From: Bacteroidota bacterium
Lineage (GTDB): Bacteria; Bacteroidota; Bacteroidia; J057; JADKCL01
Assembly (NCBI GenBank): GCA_039024435.1
Contig: JBCCQH010000095.1
Span: 1-32,052, forward strand
Direction: 5' to 3'
DNA length: 32,052 nt
Under the pieces are notes generated by a model. That model did not search any database. It saw only the letters and a list, made by a program, of their open reading frames with translations, and was not told where the DNA came from. Below are positions 11,901 to 19,300 of the stretch, one piece after another. Position numbers and translations under genes: made by a program. Numbering within the stretch: the first letter of the stretch is position 1; every line of letters starts with the position of its first letter.

Positions 11901-12543
11901 TCCCCTGGCGGGCGGAGACGTTGATTCCCAGACTGGCATTCCATTTCGTTTTGGCCAGGTCGGTGGACCCAATCGCGGGGTTCAGGCTCAAGCCCATGTC
12001 AAAACCGGTGTAGTTGTTGTGTTGCAACAGCATCGAAAAGCCTCCGTTCAAATACTGGTTGAATTCCGCCGCTTGGTTGGATCCGGCGGGCGGTTTGGTA
12101 TAGTTCAGGCCCGCAATCTCAAAATTGCGGCTCAGACTGACGCCCCAGGTGCGGTTGGGACGCATGTCCCGGTGGCGCTTGACCTGGTCCGTCCCGTTAA
12201 ATTCATCGGGCAATCCCCGCAAATTGCGCAGGATTGCCCCCACGTTGAGGTTCCAGCCCAGTCCCACCCAAGAAGCTTCCTGGTCCATCTGGATGCCCGC
12301 GTTGTAACTCAAGCTGACCGGATAACCCCCGACTTCCATCAGGGGCAAGTTGTACTTGAAATCTCCGGTGAAAAGGTCCACCATCTCACTGGTGGAGGCC
12401 GGACTGAAAGACTGGACTTCGGGCTGCGAAGGTCCGCTGGTGAGCGCGTAGGCGGTCAGCGGAAACAGAATTTGATTGAGGAGTGCGATCAGCAGCGTGA
12501 CCGCAAACAGTTTGAGAAATTGCGCTTTGGTGGTCATGTTCAT
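5929..12543 (-). CDS. TcB/TcaC-like toxin-complex component: signal peptide, SpvB-type N-terminal domain, a long middle region and a C-terminus ending in YD repeats (2204 aa).
   Basis: A 2204-aa ORF. The N-terminus MNMTTKAQFLKLFAVTLLIALLNQILFPLTAYA is signal-like. The motif PVSLSYNAGIQMDQEASWVGLGWNLNVGAILRNLRGLPDEFNGTD matches the SpvB/TcdB N-terminal signature (...SLTLNYNSGAGNSPFGLGWDCGV...GVPNYDETD). The C-terminus reads YATFYEYDEDGALIRVKKETERG (a YD repeat). The gene sits 6 bp after the upstream gene and 10 bp before the RHS gene. Confidence 0.8.
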   Translation of the reverse strand: MNMTTKAQFLKLFAVTLLIALLNQILFPLTAYALTSGPSQPEVQSFSPASTSEMVDLFTGDFKYNLPLMEVGGYPVSLSYNAGIQMDQEASWVGLGWNLNVGAILRNLRGLPDEFNGTDQVKRHRDMRPNRTWGVSLSRNFEIAGLNYTKPPAGSNQAAEFNQYLNGGFSMLLQHNNYTGFDMGLSLNPAIGSTDLAKTKWNASLGINVSARQGTAVRPQFGFSGLGEKRKKLALGQNLSLTTAINSRSGLRQLNLTAAKNQAFKSGDRRLNLPSWSQGVQLAHPTYTPGTDFPMRTISTSFRVQGFKGLPGWISNNDLVITGFYSQQEFQKNNITSSAYGYLNLHKGKDDREASLDFVRENDGGLRKETPHLPLTNLTYDTYAVSGQGVAGAFRAYRGDVGAVFDRANTISSNGVLNAGLQTNVGSNNVVGLDWMPALMSGGNGKWIDQNELLPKVNYVEANPASALYQPATFRMLGEQVQMDSDFFAERGGLDPVRPRLSGALGVSAQAAWTTGLSDAAADAVPVNAPVLRDQRRPGNAAISVLAAREAAVGGLEKTLQSYAVNGNLASATTLNRADAAAGRKDHHPSEFTVLGEGGNRYVYGIPAYNRVQKDVSFSVGKSALNATALPYNGGEIDYVSYYNATAQAIEPAGQDGFIDETEVDPYAHSYLLTAYLSSDYEDRTGDGPSGDDIGSYVKFNYSRDQASYRWRAPYEQWRAKHNPGLRGDPTDDQASYSYGEKEIWYLHSIESRDYVAFFVLSDRKDGHGVMGEHGGIDPNMNLRKLNRIDLFARREYLNPPTGQAPVPIQSVHFEYDYSLCPSVPNNDNSPASAQENELANQGGKLTLKRIYFTHYNSTKGKMNNYVFHYGGLNPAYNPQENDRWGMYTPSLSNNQDELKNVDYPYVVQDKALVDSYASAWCLTAVDLPSGGRMEVEYEADDYAHVQNRRAMRMMTITGLSNLPDDATASARSILYDPASNAQYSYLYFDLEEPIPQRTGDDRDDERFYQDYIHDLGQYLYFRCLVEWNALAWAPRPGEHEEFVRGYAELERADGRIVAGLDNASVNGNGAYTRGWIKVRLESVQDQDQGSGLQVHPIAKATWDQMVLQQNHLVYRGSTAYDPAQAGFEGAMRGMLGFFRDIFLVFSSRNRWMYNQQKYGQNIDKTQSFIRLPDPNRVKYGGGHRVKRILMYDNWDEMTGTTGTDFRYGKIYEYTVAEAIPDLNQPDADMTRRISSGVAAYEPIIGGDENPFRQPVRYEQSNFLAADERFLQEEPLGESMFPAPTVGYRQITVRNLPHANVRKNATGYAVHEFYTAKDFPTRVRDTGPRKRRSTSRFIPAFFKAGMTDFMTAAEGFVVERNDMHGKPKAIFAYPEPDPNAPPHKLVAREISGTRYFYRTRGELRDTLDNRVLVIRPDGTVAEAEMGLTLDMVTDMREYKTASVAVDLRAQIDFQPNAPAPIVSSIPGLTLERTRFRSAVATKVIDRSAILEKIVQYDRQAQIPTEHLAYDSETGQVLLSRTWNEYKQPIYDLIYPAHWIYGGMGLAYPRLEYQKTGLEFDPGNGAAINAGSDAVHFAVGDEVLLKRNGIGLYLGPYWVSHIAGNNLYLVDRAGNQVNSGNSTGAQFDLKIIRSIQRNLAGTAAGSVQFLENSPLVNNVLDVNAQKDWVLSSAAAEFSDDWKMLLNPDYPGVAGCSWLDLLGPLANSANTFGYPVGVGCGYNYEGVVTPPASAALILEFYDCDGNLFFNQTIPLNLTVPCPNGNLFLSNLAVVPDPNDPNRSLVSFELNCPAMPTPVVYGPISWPNPALCSSGNTRFPNTTACDSVGDVVNPWVQGLRGHWRALRTHAFLEDRAYVDANRPRLREDGVLADFVPFWRYSSGVQRWYGDKDAGNPFAGTPNARWQYTQQAEEFHPRGLEVESSDPIVTYAGAILGYDQSLVAAMGQNAEYRQLAFDGFEDYVLRDATANQCELFHWDFVQYSGQMSTDAAHSGFRSLKVEGNFPTVRSEVFAQSSGGGLNGNQEYVTGWDDRLDLFEPTAGDYVLLAWTRQEDTGSDIPPLRADRSRMLLYFTDGDGNAVGATETIGSKGTMIDGWQRIEHEFAVPDLPLGANGPLNVFVRFANTGPAQGPVYFDDVRISPKDAIVKSYVYHPYNRRLMAELDANHYATFYEYDEDGALIRVKKETERGIHTVQESRTSLRKVSFN
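12153..12415 (-). other. SpvB-like N-terminal domain region within the TcB-like protein (about residues 45-130).
   Basis: Motif match recalled from Photorhabdus TcdB/TcaC N-termini. No HMM was run. Confidence 0.55.
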
Positions 12544-12549
12544 CGGTAG

Positions 12550-14130
12550 TTAATTCTTCTCAAATCGGATGTAAAACGTCTCGTTCTTCTCATTGGTCAG
12601 TTCCAGGGTGTAGTGTCCGACCGCCAGGGAGCTGGTATTCACAGAAAACCGGTTCTCCCCGTAAGACTTTTGCAGGTTCAAAGCCGCCGCCGATTGCACG
12701 ATGTTTCGCCGCCAGTCCATGATTTGGACCTGCAACTGACCGGGATCGTATTCCCCTTCGTAGCGAAAGTGCAAGAAGCCATCCTGAATCTGGTACCAGG
12801 CCCCCGACGGTTTTCTATCCGGCACCGCGTAGACCTTCTCATACTTCGTTTTGGGACCGTCCGGGACATTGAAAATGACCAGAGCGGCCTGTCTCAACCA
12901 GGCATTTTCCGGCGGAAACTGGGCAAATGTCCCACTCGTCTGGTCCCCCACGTGATCTTTCCACTCCAGACGGGTCGCGAGTCCCCCCCGGAGATTGTCC
13001 AGGCGCAGGCGCCACTCCACGGCCACCTCCAACTCCCCCACCCGATTCCCTCGCAGCAAAAATTCTCCGGGAAGCAACTGGAACTCCGACGAATCCCCAT
13101 TCGGAATCGCCCCGTTTTCCCCCGCCAAGGTATCCAGCCTGCATTCGTACTCGCTCAACTGACTCAGGTCAAACCGCACGGCCATCCCCCGCAAGTTCAA
13201 GCTGTCCGTCCGCCGCGTGTAAAAGCGCCCGTGCAACTCACTTCCCACTTTCGCGGCGGTGCCCTCCGGCAAATGGTAGGTCCGCGCACTCCACCTTCCG
13301 CTCGCGTCGATCTGGGTGCGCAGCTCCGCCGACTGTCCGGCGATCCCAATGCGGTAGTCCCCGGGCAAAAGCGCCGCCGAAGCCCAACCGCTCCCCCCAA
13401 ATCCGTCCGGCCCATTCAACCAGTTCAACGCTTGATCGGTTTCCATCAGATTAAGGTATACGGTCCGGCCCGCGAGGTAGAGGGTGTCACTCCCGGAATA
13501 GATCAGGCCCGGCCCCAAAAGCATTTCCCCACGGCTCAAAGTCGAATCGCCGTCGGCAAAATAGACCGAATCGGACAGGCTGCCCGTGGCCGCCGGAAGT
13601 TGCAGGATAAAGTCGGCGGAGCGGTCCTTGCCGGTGCCGCTGGTCAGCCGGTAGGTTCCCGGAAACAGCGCCACGCTGCCGCCATTGGTCAGCGTGCGGT
13701 CCAGTTGGGGCAGGCGCAGGCTGTCATTGGCGACCGCGATCTCGGTATAAAAAGAGAGCGGCAACAACCGCAGGCGGCTTCCCTTGTTTTCCAATGCGTA
13801 GTAGGACGCGGGCAGGATCGAAGTGCTGGTGTCCGCGGGCAAGCGCCAGACCAGGTTGGAGATCGCCCCCTTGCTGCCGACGGCGAAGCGGATCACAGCA
13901 CTGATTTCCGTACTCACGTCCAGTTCCAAGGTGTAATCGCCCGCACTGATCCCGGTAAAGCCTTTCAAAGCGGGAATGACAAATACCGCGTCGGTTCCCG
14001 GCCCCACCAAACGGGCCGAAGTACTTTGCAGTAGCCTCAAATCCAGCTCAATATCGGCCGCTGGGAGCCAACTCCCCAAAAGCAGCAGCAATCCGATCCA
14101 GCCAATTCTCAATTTATAATTTGCGTTCAT
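12550..14130 (-). CDS. Secreted hypothetical protein, first gene of the Tc-like operon, with a possible T9SS C-terminal domain (527 aa from the preferred start; the ORF track extends to 14172).
   Basis: The ORF is 12550..14172. Internal Met15 begins MNANYKLRIGWIGLLLLLGSWLPAAD, a typical signal peptide. The C-terminus VGHYTLELTNEKNETFYIRFEKN resembles a T9SS sorting tail (weak). Its stop lies 6 bp upstream of the TcB-like start. Confidence 0.7.
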   Translation of the reverse strand: MNANYKLRIGWIGLLLLLGSWLPAADIELDLRLLQSTSARLVGPGTDAVFVIPALKGFTGISAGDYTLELDVSTEISAVIRFAVGSKGAISNLVWRLPADTSTSILPASYYALENKGSRLRLLPLSFYTEIAVANDSLRLPQLDRTLTNGGSVALFPGTYRLTSGTGKDRSADFILQLPAATGSLSDSVYFADGDSTLSRGEMLLGPGLIYSGSDTLYLAGRTVYLNLMETDQALNWLNGPDGFGGSGWASAALLPGDYRIGIAGQSAELRTQIDASGRWSARTYHLPEGTAAKVGSELHGRFYTRRTDSLNLRGMAVRFDLSQLSEYECRLDTLAGENGAIPNGDSSEFQLLPGEFLLRGNRVGELEVAVEWRLRLDNLRGGLATRLEWKDHVGDQTSGTFAQFPPENAWLRQAALVIFNVPDGPKTKYEKVYAVPDRKPSGAWYQIQDGFLHFRYEGEYDPGQLQVQIMDWRRNIVQSAAALNLQKSYGENRFSVNTSSLAVGHYTLELTNEKNETFYIRFEKN

Positions 14131-14817
14131 GGTCAACTCTTTGTAGTCAATAATTTTCCCTTCCGAAATCACACTTCTGTGACTTTCGGCGCATATCTCT
14201 CCCTCCCGATGCGGTCTACCGGTTGGAATGGGCGACGGCTCCGCCGATTTTCCCGGAATATCAACCAGGAAAGCCGCGCGGCCAAGCCGGCCTTAAATCA
14301 GCCTCGTCCGCGATTGGGGAGGCATTTTTTCAATGGAATGGTACTACTTAGATTTTTTCATAGGTTAATTTATGCTGTGGTCATTGGTCAGTATTCTCTC
14401 CGTGGGCGAAGCAATCACTTGTCCAACAAGGGCGTTGCGTGCTCCAACTGCACGGTTGCACACTTTGGGTAATTATTTGCTGACTTGTATTGTTTGTCGA
14501 GTATCTCTTTTGGCTCTCTATGACGATTATAAATATGCACAATTCACGGTAGATTGCAAAGCAATTTTTGACTTTCATCCCTAAATTTTACCGAATGGGG
14601 CGTTTGGGCGGATGTAACGGCCATTTTAGGGAACAATCCGCCGCACCTGCAAGGAAATTTGGATTGGGAATCATCGTTTTTCTGGATTGCTGATCGGGCG
14701 ATCAAACCGCGCCCATCGGAAACCGGTAATTGACCTCCACCGCGCGGTGTTCAAATTGATAAATTTGAATGCGGCTGCGGGAAGAACCTTGTTTTGGGTT
14801 GCTTGTAATTGAAGGGT

Positions 14818-14856
14818 GTGCGTCCAGGACGCGCGCATTGGAAATCGGAAATCAAG
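14818..14856 (-). repeat. Copy A (reverse orientation) of the dispersed intergenic element: ATTTCC(G/A)AT direct repeats plus a GC hairpin.
   Basis: gtgcgtccaggacgcgcgcattggaaatcggaaatc. Its reverse complement, GATTTCCGATTTCCAATGCGCGCGTCCTGGACGC, aligns to copies B and C. It lies about 40 bp upstream of the DUF4440 start, in the divergent region shared with the Tc-like operon. Confidence 0.6.
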
Positions 14857-14891
14857 CAACCAGAAATCACGCACAATGGCTATCTTTCCGC

Positions 14892-15347
14892 ATGCGTCGA
14901 TCCATTGTTTCTACCGTTTTGGGCGCCTGCGCCCTGTTCTTGTGGTTTTCCGGGGCGGCTTGGGCCCAACAAGCCCCCAAAGCCAAGGACCGCACCGCCG
15001 TCCTTGCCATCATGGACCAGCAGGAAAATGCCTGGAATTCCGGCGATCTAGTCGCTTTCATGAACGGATACTGGCGCAATGATTCGCTCAAATTTATCGG
15101 GAAAAGCGGCGTCACCTACGGCTGGGACGCGACGCTGGCCCGCTACCAAAAAGGCTATCCGGATCAGGCCGCCATGGGAAAGCTCACCTTTACCATTTTT
15201 CACGTGGAGGCCATCGGCAAAAAAGCGATGTTGGTGGTGGGCAAATGGTTCCTCCAGCGCGCCGAGGACACGCCCAACGGACATTTTTCCCTGCTCTGGA
15301 AAAAAATCAAAGGCGAATGGGTGATCGTCGCCGACCATTCAAGCTGA
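14892..15347 (+). CDS. DUF4440/SnoaL-like (NTF2-fold) protein with signal peptide.
   Basis: Within ORF 14769..15347, the internal in-frame Met (MRRSIVSTVLGACALFLWFSGAAWAQQ) gives a signal peptide. The body YWRNDSLKFIGKSGVTYGWDATLARYQKGYPD...GHFSLLWKKIKGEWVIVADHSS is typical of the DUF4440/SnoaL-like family. Confidence 0.7.
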   Translation: MRRSIVSTVLGACALFLWFSGAAWAQQAPKAKDRTAVLAIMDQQENAWNSGDLVAFMNGYWRNDSLKFIGKSGVTYGWDATLARYQKGYPDQAAMGKLTFTIFHVEAIGKKAMLVVGKWFLQRAEDTPNGHFSLLWKKIKGEWVIVADHSS

Positions 15348-15641
15348 CCCGTCCGACTTCGACTGTCCGCCGAACCAGCCCTTCATCCGCTTCCAGGTCT
15401 TTTTCTGCTTGTTCCGGAAAAAGGTATATTTTCCAAAAATAAAGGCGTAGCCGAGAATGATCACATTGTAGATGGGCAGCATCGCAAAGATCCACATCAA
15501 CCAGTACTCCAGCGAAAATCGCTCGAAACCCAGTGCCTCCACAATCTGCCGACCCAGCCAGGCCACGGTGAAACCGGTGCAGGTAAATACAGTGAGGACC
15601 AGCACCACGTGGAGCGTCTTATTTTGTCGCCAATTGCTCAT
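15339..15641 (-). CDS. Small two-TM membrane protein (100 aa), translationally coupled to the upstream zinc-ribbon gene.
   Basis: Hydrophobic segments HVVLVLTVFTCTGFTVAWL and WLMWIFAMLPIYNVIILGYAFIF. Its start overlaps the upstream gene's stop (ATGA-type overlap). Confidence 0.6.
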   Translation of the reverse strand: MSNWRQNKTLHVVLVLTVFTCTGFTVAWLGRQIVEALGFERFSLEYWLMWIFAMLPIYNVIILGYAFIFGKYTFFRNKQKKTWKRMKGWFGGQSKSDGSA

Positions 15642-16174
15642 TCCAGGGCCGCCTCCATTTCCGATTTAGCTTGGTCGAGTTCACGCTTTCCGCGCCACAG
15701 CAGGTAGCTCCAGCCCCCGACCGGCAGCAACAGCAGCAGCGTCACCGTGATGTCCCAGCCGAACAGCAGAGGAGCGATCGGAAACAAGGCCAGCAGGAAC
15801 AACACGATGGTATTCGCCCGGACCGTCTGCCGCAGCACCCCGACTTTGTAAGGCAATAACACGCCACGCGCCGCCCGAATGTAATTTTCCATCCCGGGAA
15901 TCTGCAAATTGGCCCGCAGCTTTTTGATGAGCTTAAACGCATTGTCGACCGGCTCGTAGGGATTTTGGTGCTTCACTTGGGGATCTTCCAATTCTCGCAG
16001 CAAACCCTCCAATTCGTCCACGTCGCCGATGACTTCTTCCAGTACATTCAGAGAGTCCTCGGTGAAAAAAGCATTGCCGCAATTGGTACAAGCCGGAATC
16101 AAAGATTCTTGGGTCTTGTAACAACTCTTGCATTTAGTACGCAAATACTTGCGCCGGTCTTTGTGCTTTTTCAT
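15638..16174 (-). CDS. Zinc-ribbon (CxxC...CxxC) protein with a C-terminal two-TM membrane domain (178 aa).
   Basis: KCKSCY and CTNCGN motifs lie within the first 35 aa. The C-terminal hydrophobic helices are IVLFLLALFPIAPLLFGW and VTLLLLLPVGGWSYLLW. Confidence 0.7.
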   Translation of the reverse strand: MKKHKDRRKYLRTKCKSCYKTQESLIPACTNCGNAFFTEDSLNVLEEVIGDVDELEGLLRELEDPQVKHQNPYEPVDNAFKLIKKLRANLQIPGMENYIRAARGVLLPYKVGVLRQTVRANTIVLFLLALFPIAPLLFGWDITVTLLLLLPVGGWSYLLWRGKRELDQAKSEMEAALE

Positions 16175-16235
16175 CCCAAAACAACTTCCCGCAAAAATAC
16201 GCTTTTAAAATTGAACGGGGGAATTTCTAACTGCT

Positions 16236-16278
16236 GATTTCCGATTTCTGATTGGCGCGTCCGGAACGCGCAACCTAC
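16236..16278 (+). repeat. Copy B1 of the dispersed element (direct repeats plus the GCGCGT-CCGGA-ACGCGC hairpin).
   Basis: gatttccgatttctgattggcgcgtccggaacgcgcaacctac. It aligns nearly base-for-base with copy C at 27537..27588, including the AACCTAC/ACCCTAC tail. Confidence 0.7.
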
Positions 16279-16286
16279 AAGGGGCC

Positions 16287-16376
16287 GATTTCCAATTGCT
16301 CAATTTCCAATGTACTGCCAGGGAGCAGTGAGCGAAACGCCTTTCATTGAAAATTGAGCATTGGAAATTGGAAATC
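16287..16376. repeat. Additional ATTTCCAAT direct and inverted repeat units (B2 gatttccaattgctcaatttccaatg; B3 cattggaaattggaaatc) in the same 225-bp gap.
   Basis: Two ATTTCCAAT units with 15-nt start-to-start spacing, then an inverted pair 70 bp further on. The same 15-nt spacing is seen in copy C. Confidence 0.55.
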
Positions 16377-16399
16377 TTCCCACCGGAAATTCTCAATCG

Positions 16400-19300
16400 T
16401 CATTTTTCCATCGCCTTGCGCATTCCTTCAATCCCGTCGACGAGGCTCCCGAGCTGCGCGATGACTTGGCCAAATTTGTCGCTGGCGTCCACGCCGAGCA
16501 AACGCTGCTTTTTCAAGAACGTAGCCTGGATCTCCTGCCAGCGGGCCTTTTCCTCCGGCTTGAGGAAACCGATCAGCTCTTTGAAACGGAGCAGATTCGC
16601 TTCCGCGTCGTTCGTGAGCGTCTGGGACTCGCTCTCGTAATGGGTCATGATCAAAGTCATCAATTCCTGCTCGTTCATAATCGGAATGATCTTCTCGGCG
16701 AGCTTGTTCATGTCCCGGTACGAACCCTGCAACTTGAAGGCCGGCAGCGTGCGAAACTCCTCGGACATACCGGCGGAGCGGATGTACTCCTGGTTGACCT
16801 TGAGGATGACATCCCGCACCACCAAGAGCTTTTGCAGGACGGCAACGATCTCATTGACATCTTCCGGGGCGTAATTGCCTTCCAACTCGATGCCCTCGCG
16901 GCGATTCGACTCGGCGATCTGGAGGAAACCGTGGATATCCTTGTGCGCCCGCTGGGTGACCTTTTGCAAGACCACATTCGAGCTGAGGCTGTTTTCGATC
17001 AGGGAAAGTTCAAAGAAATGCGCCGTATCCCCGATGATATCACCCAGATTATAGGTATCGGCCCGGTTTGCGAGCATATCCGGAATCTGAAACTTGTCCC
17101 CCGATTCCGTGTAGGGATTGCCTGCCATGACCACACAGACCCGCTTGCCCCGCAGGTCGTAGGTCTTGGGCTGATCCTTGTAGACGCCCTCGATCTTGCG
17201 CTGCGCGTCGCACAGGCTGATGAACTTCTGAAGGAATTCCGGGTTGCAGTGCTGGATGTCGTCCAGATAAAGCATGATGTTGTCCCCCATTTCCAGGGCC
17301 AAATTCAGCTTTTGCAGCTCTTCGCGCGCGGCCGCATTCGGCGCTTCTTCCGGATCCAATGACCGCACCGAGTGCCCAATCGCCGGCCCATTGACTTTCA
17401 TAAAGATCAGTCCCAGGCGGTTGGCGATGTACTCCATCAGCGTCGTCTTGCCGTAGCCCGGCGGCGAAATCAACAGCAACAGCCCTTGCCGGTCGGTGCG
17501 CTTGTTTTCGCCCACCGTCCCGATCTGCTTGGCCAGATTGTCCCCAAACAGCGGCAGGTAGACCTCGTCGATGAGCTTGTTCCGCACAAACGACGACAAC
17601 ACCCGGGGCTGGAATTCATTGAGGCGCAATTCCTGCCGGAACTCCTCGGTAAGGCGCTTTTTGAGCCCTTGGTACCGCTCGAAAGCCGGCACTTCCGTCG
17701 TGGTAAAATCGCCGAGTTCGTGCATGAAGTGATTGTAGTCCAGGCGGTAAGCGCCTTTCGGGCCGATCTTGGGGTGGTCGCCGGACAAGGCTTCCACTTC
17801 GCCGACCACACTGGCCACCGACAGACGCACTGCCTCCACCCCACCGCGGAACAGCACCATCGCCGCTTCATCGATGTAGTCCTCCCCATCGGGAACATTT
17901 TGCTGGTGGACGTAAGCGCTCACCCAGTTGCGCAGCAACTGGAATTGCTCGGCGATCCGGCCTTCGAGCCGCTTGAGCGATTGTTCAAAGGTCTTCCCCA
18001 TCGACTTTTGGTCCAGGTAAGCCAGAAAATCCTGCCCGATGCGCGTGCCCTCCGGCGAAGCCACAAACCGGTTCCCCGCCGAAATCTCGTGGAACAAATA
18101 CTCCGCCGCCGAACCCGCCAGTGCCTCCCGGAACAGGCCGGTTTCCACACAAAAAGCCGCCATTCCCGTGCGCAGATCACCGATCAGCGCCCCAAACTCG
18201 TCCGAGTCGGGAAAGACCTGCAAGATGAAGCCGACCCCCTGCAAACGGTGGTCAAACAGCTCACGCGCCGACGCATCCAGGAAATAATCCCACCACATCG
18301 CGGCGCAGGCCCGGGCCTCGGGCAGATAGCGCAAAAGCCCGATGGACCGGTGCAAGCCCACCAAGGTCCGCAGAATCCGCAGCGCATCTTGGTCGTGGAC
18401 CCCTTTTGCGTAGCCTTCCTGGTAGCGCGGCCCAGCAAATTGCTGCAAGCGCTGGCCCTGCTCCTCCGCCGAAAGCTCGGCAAATTCGCTCAGTCCTCGG
18501 CGGTTGCCGTCCTCGCGCAGCGCCGCAAAAAACAGGTACGCCAGGTATTCCGCCCGGTACACCGTACTATTTTCCGACACCAATTCCTGGTCCCAGACCG
18601 GCCGCGTCGCCTCGAACTCCGGATGGCGGATCAATTCGAAAAAGTTGGTTCCGGTCAGGTGAAAATACTGCTCGTCCTCCCGCCGGATGACGGTCAGGTC
18701 CAGCGATTGAACATTCACCGAAAACTTGTGGCGGCCCAGGCGAATGATATTTTCCCCGTCCACAAAGAGTTCCTGCCGGTCTTTGAGCTGGCGCAGCGCA
18801 TCCTCGCGAATGGTTTTGAGGCGCGATTGCAAGTCCTCCGCCTTGACATTGTCTTCCAGGGCGCGCAGCTTTTCCACTACGTCCCGCACCTTGTCGATCA
18901 TCAGATCACCGGCAAAGTAGCCGTTGATTTCCTGTGCCGTACCGAAGTTGTTTACCCGGTTCCGGATGCCGGACAGGATCCGCTCGGCGGACTTAAAGAG
19001 GGCCGCCGCTTTCTTGTTGCGGGCCTCGACGAGCTGCACTTTTCGGGACTCAAAGGCATTGTAGATTTCCTCCCGTTTCTCCGCGATCTGACCGATAAAC
19101 TCGTCAAATTCACTGAACTTGCCCTCCAATTCTTCGACCTGCACCATGAGTTTGGTCAGGTACTCGTCGACTTTTTCCGGCGTGTCGGCCACGTCCAGGA
19201 AATTGATGACCGCCTGGCTGAGGAGCTTGATTTGGCTGGCGAATTCTGCGACGGCTTCGGTAGAAACCAGCTCTTTGCGCCGGCGCCGCAGCGCCGCCCG

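Noticed and set aside
16236-16278. The GCGCGT-CCGGA-ACGCGC hairpin as an intrinsic terminator for the giant ATPase gene
   Set aside because: No U/T tract follows the stem on either strand, so it does not fit a canonical Rho-independent terminator. It is treated as part of a repeat or regulatory element instead.
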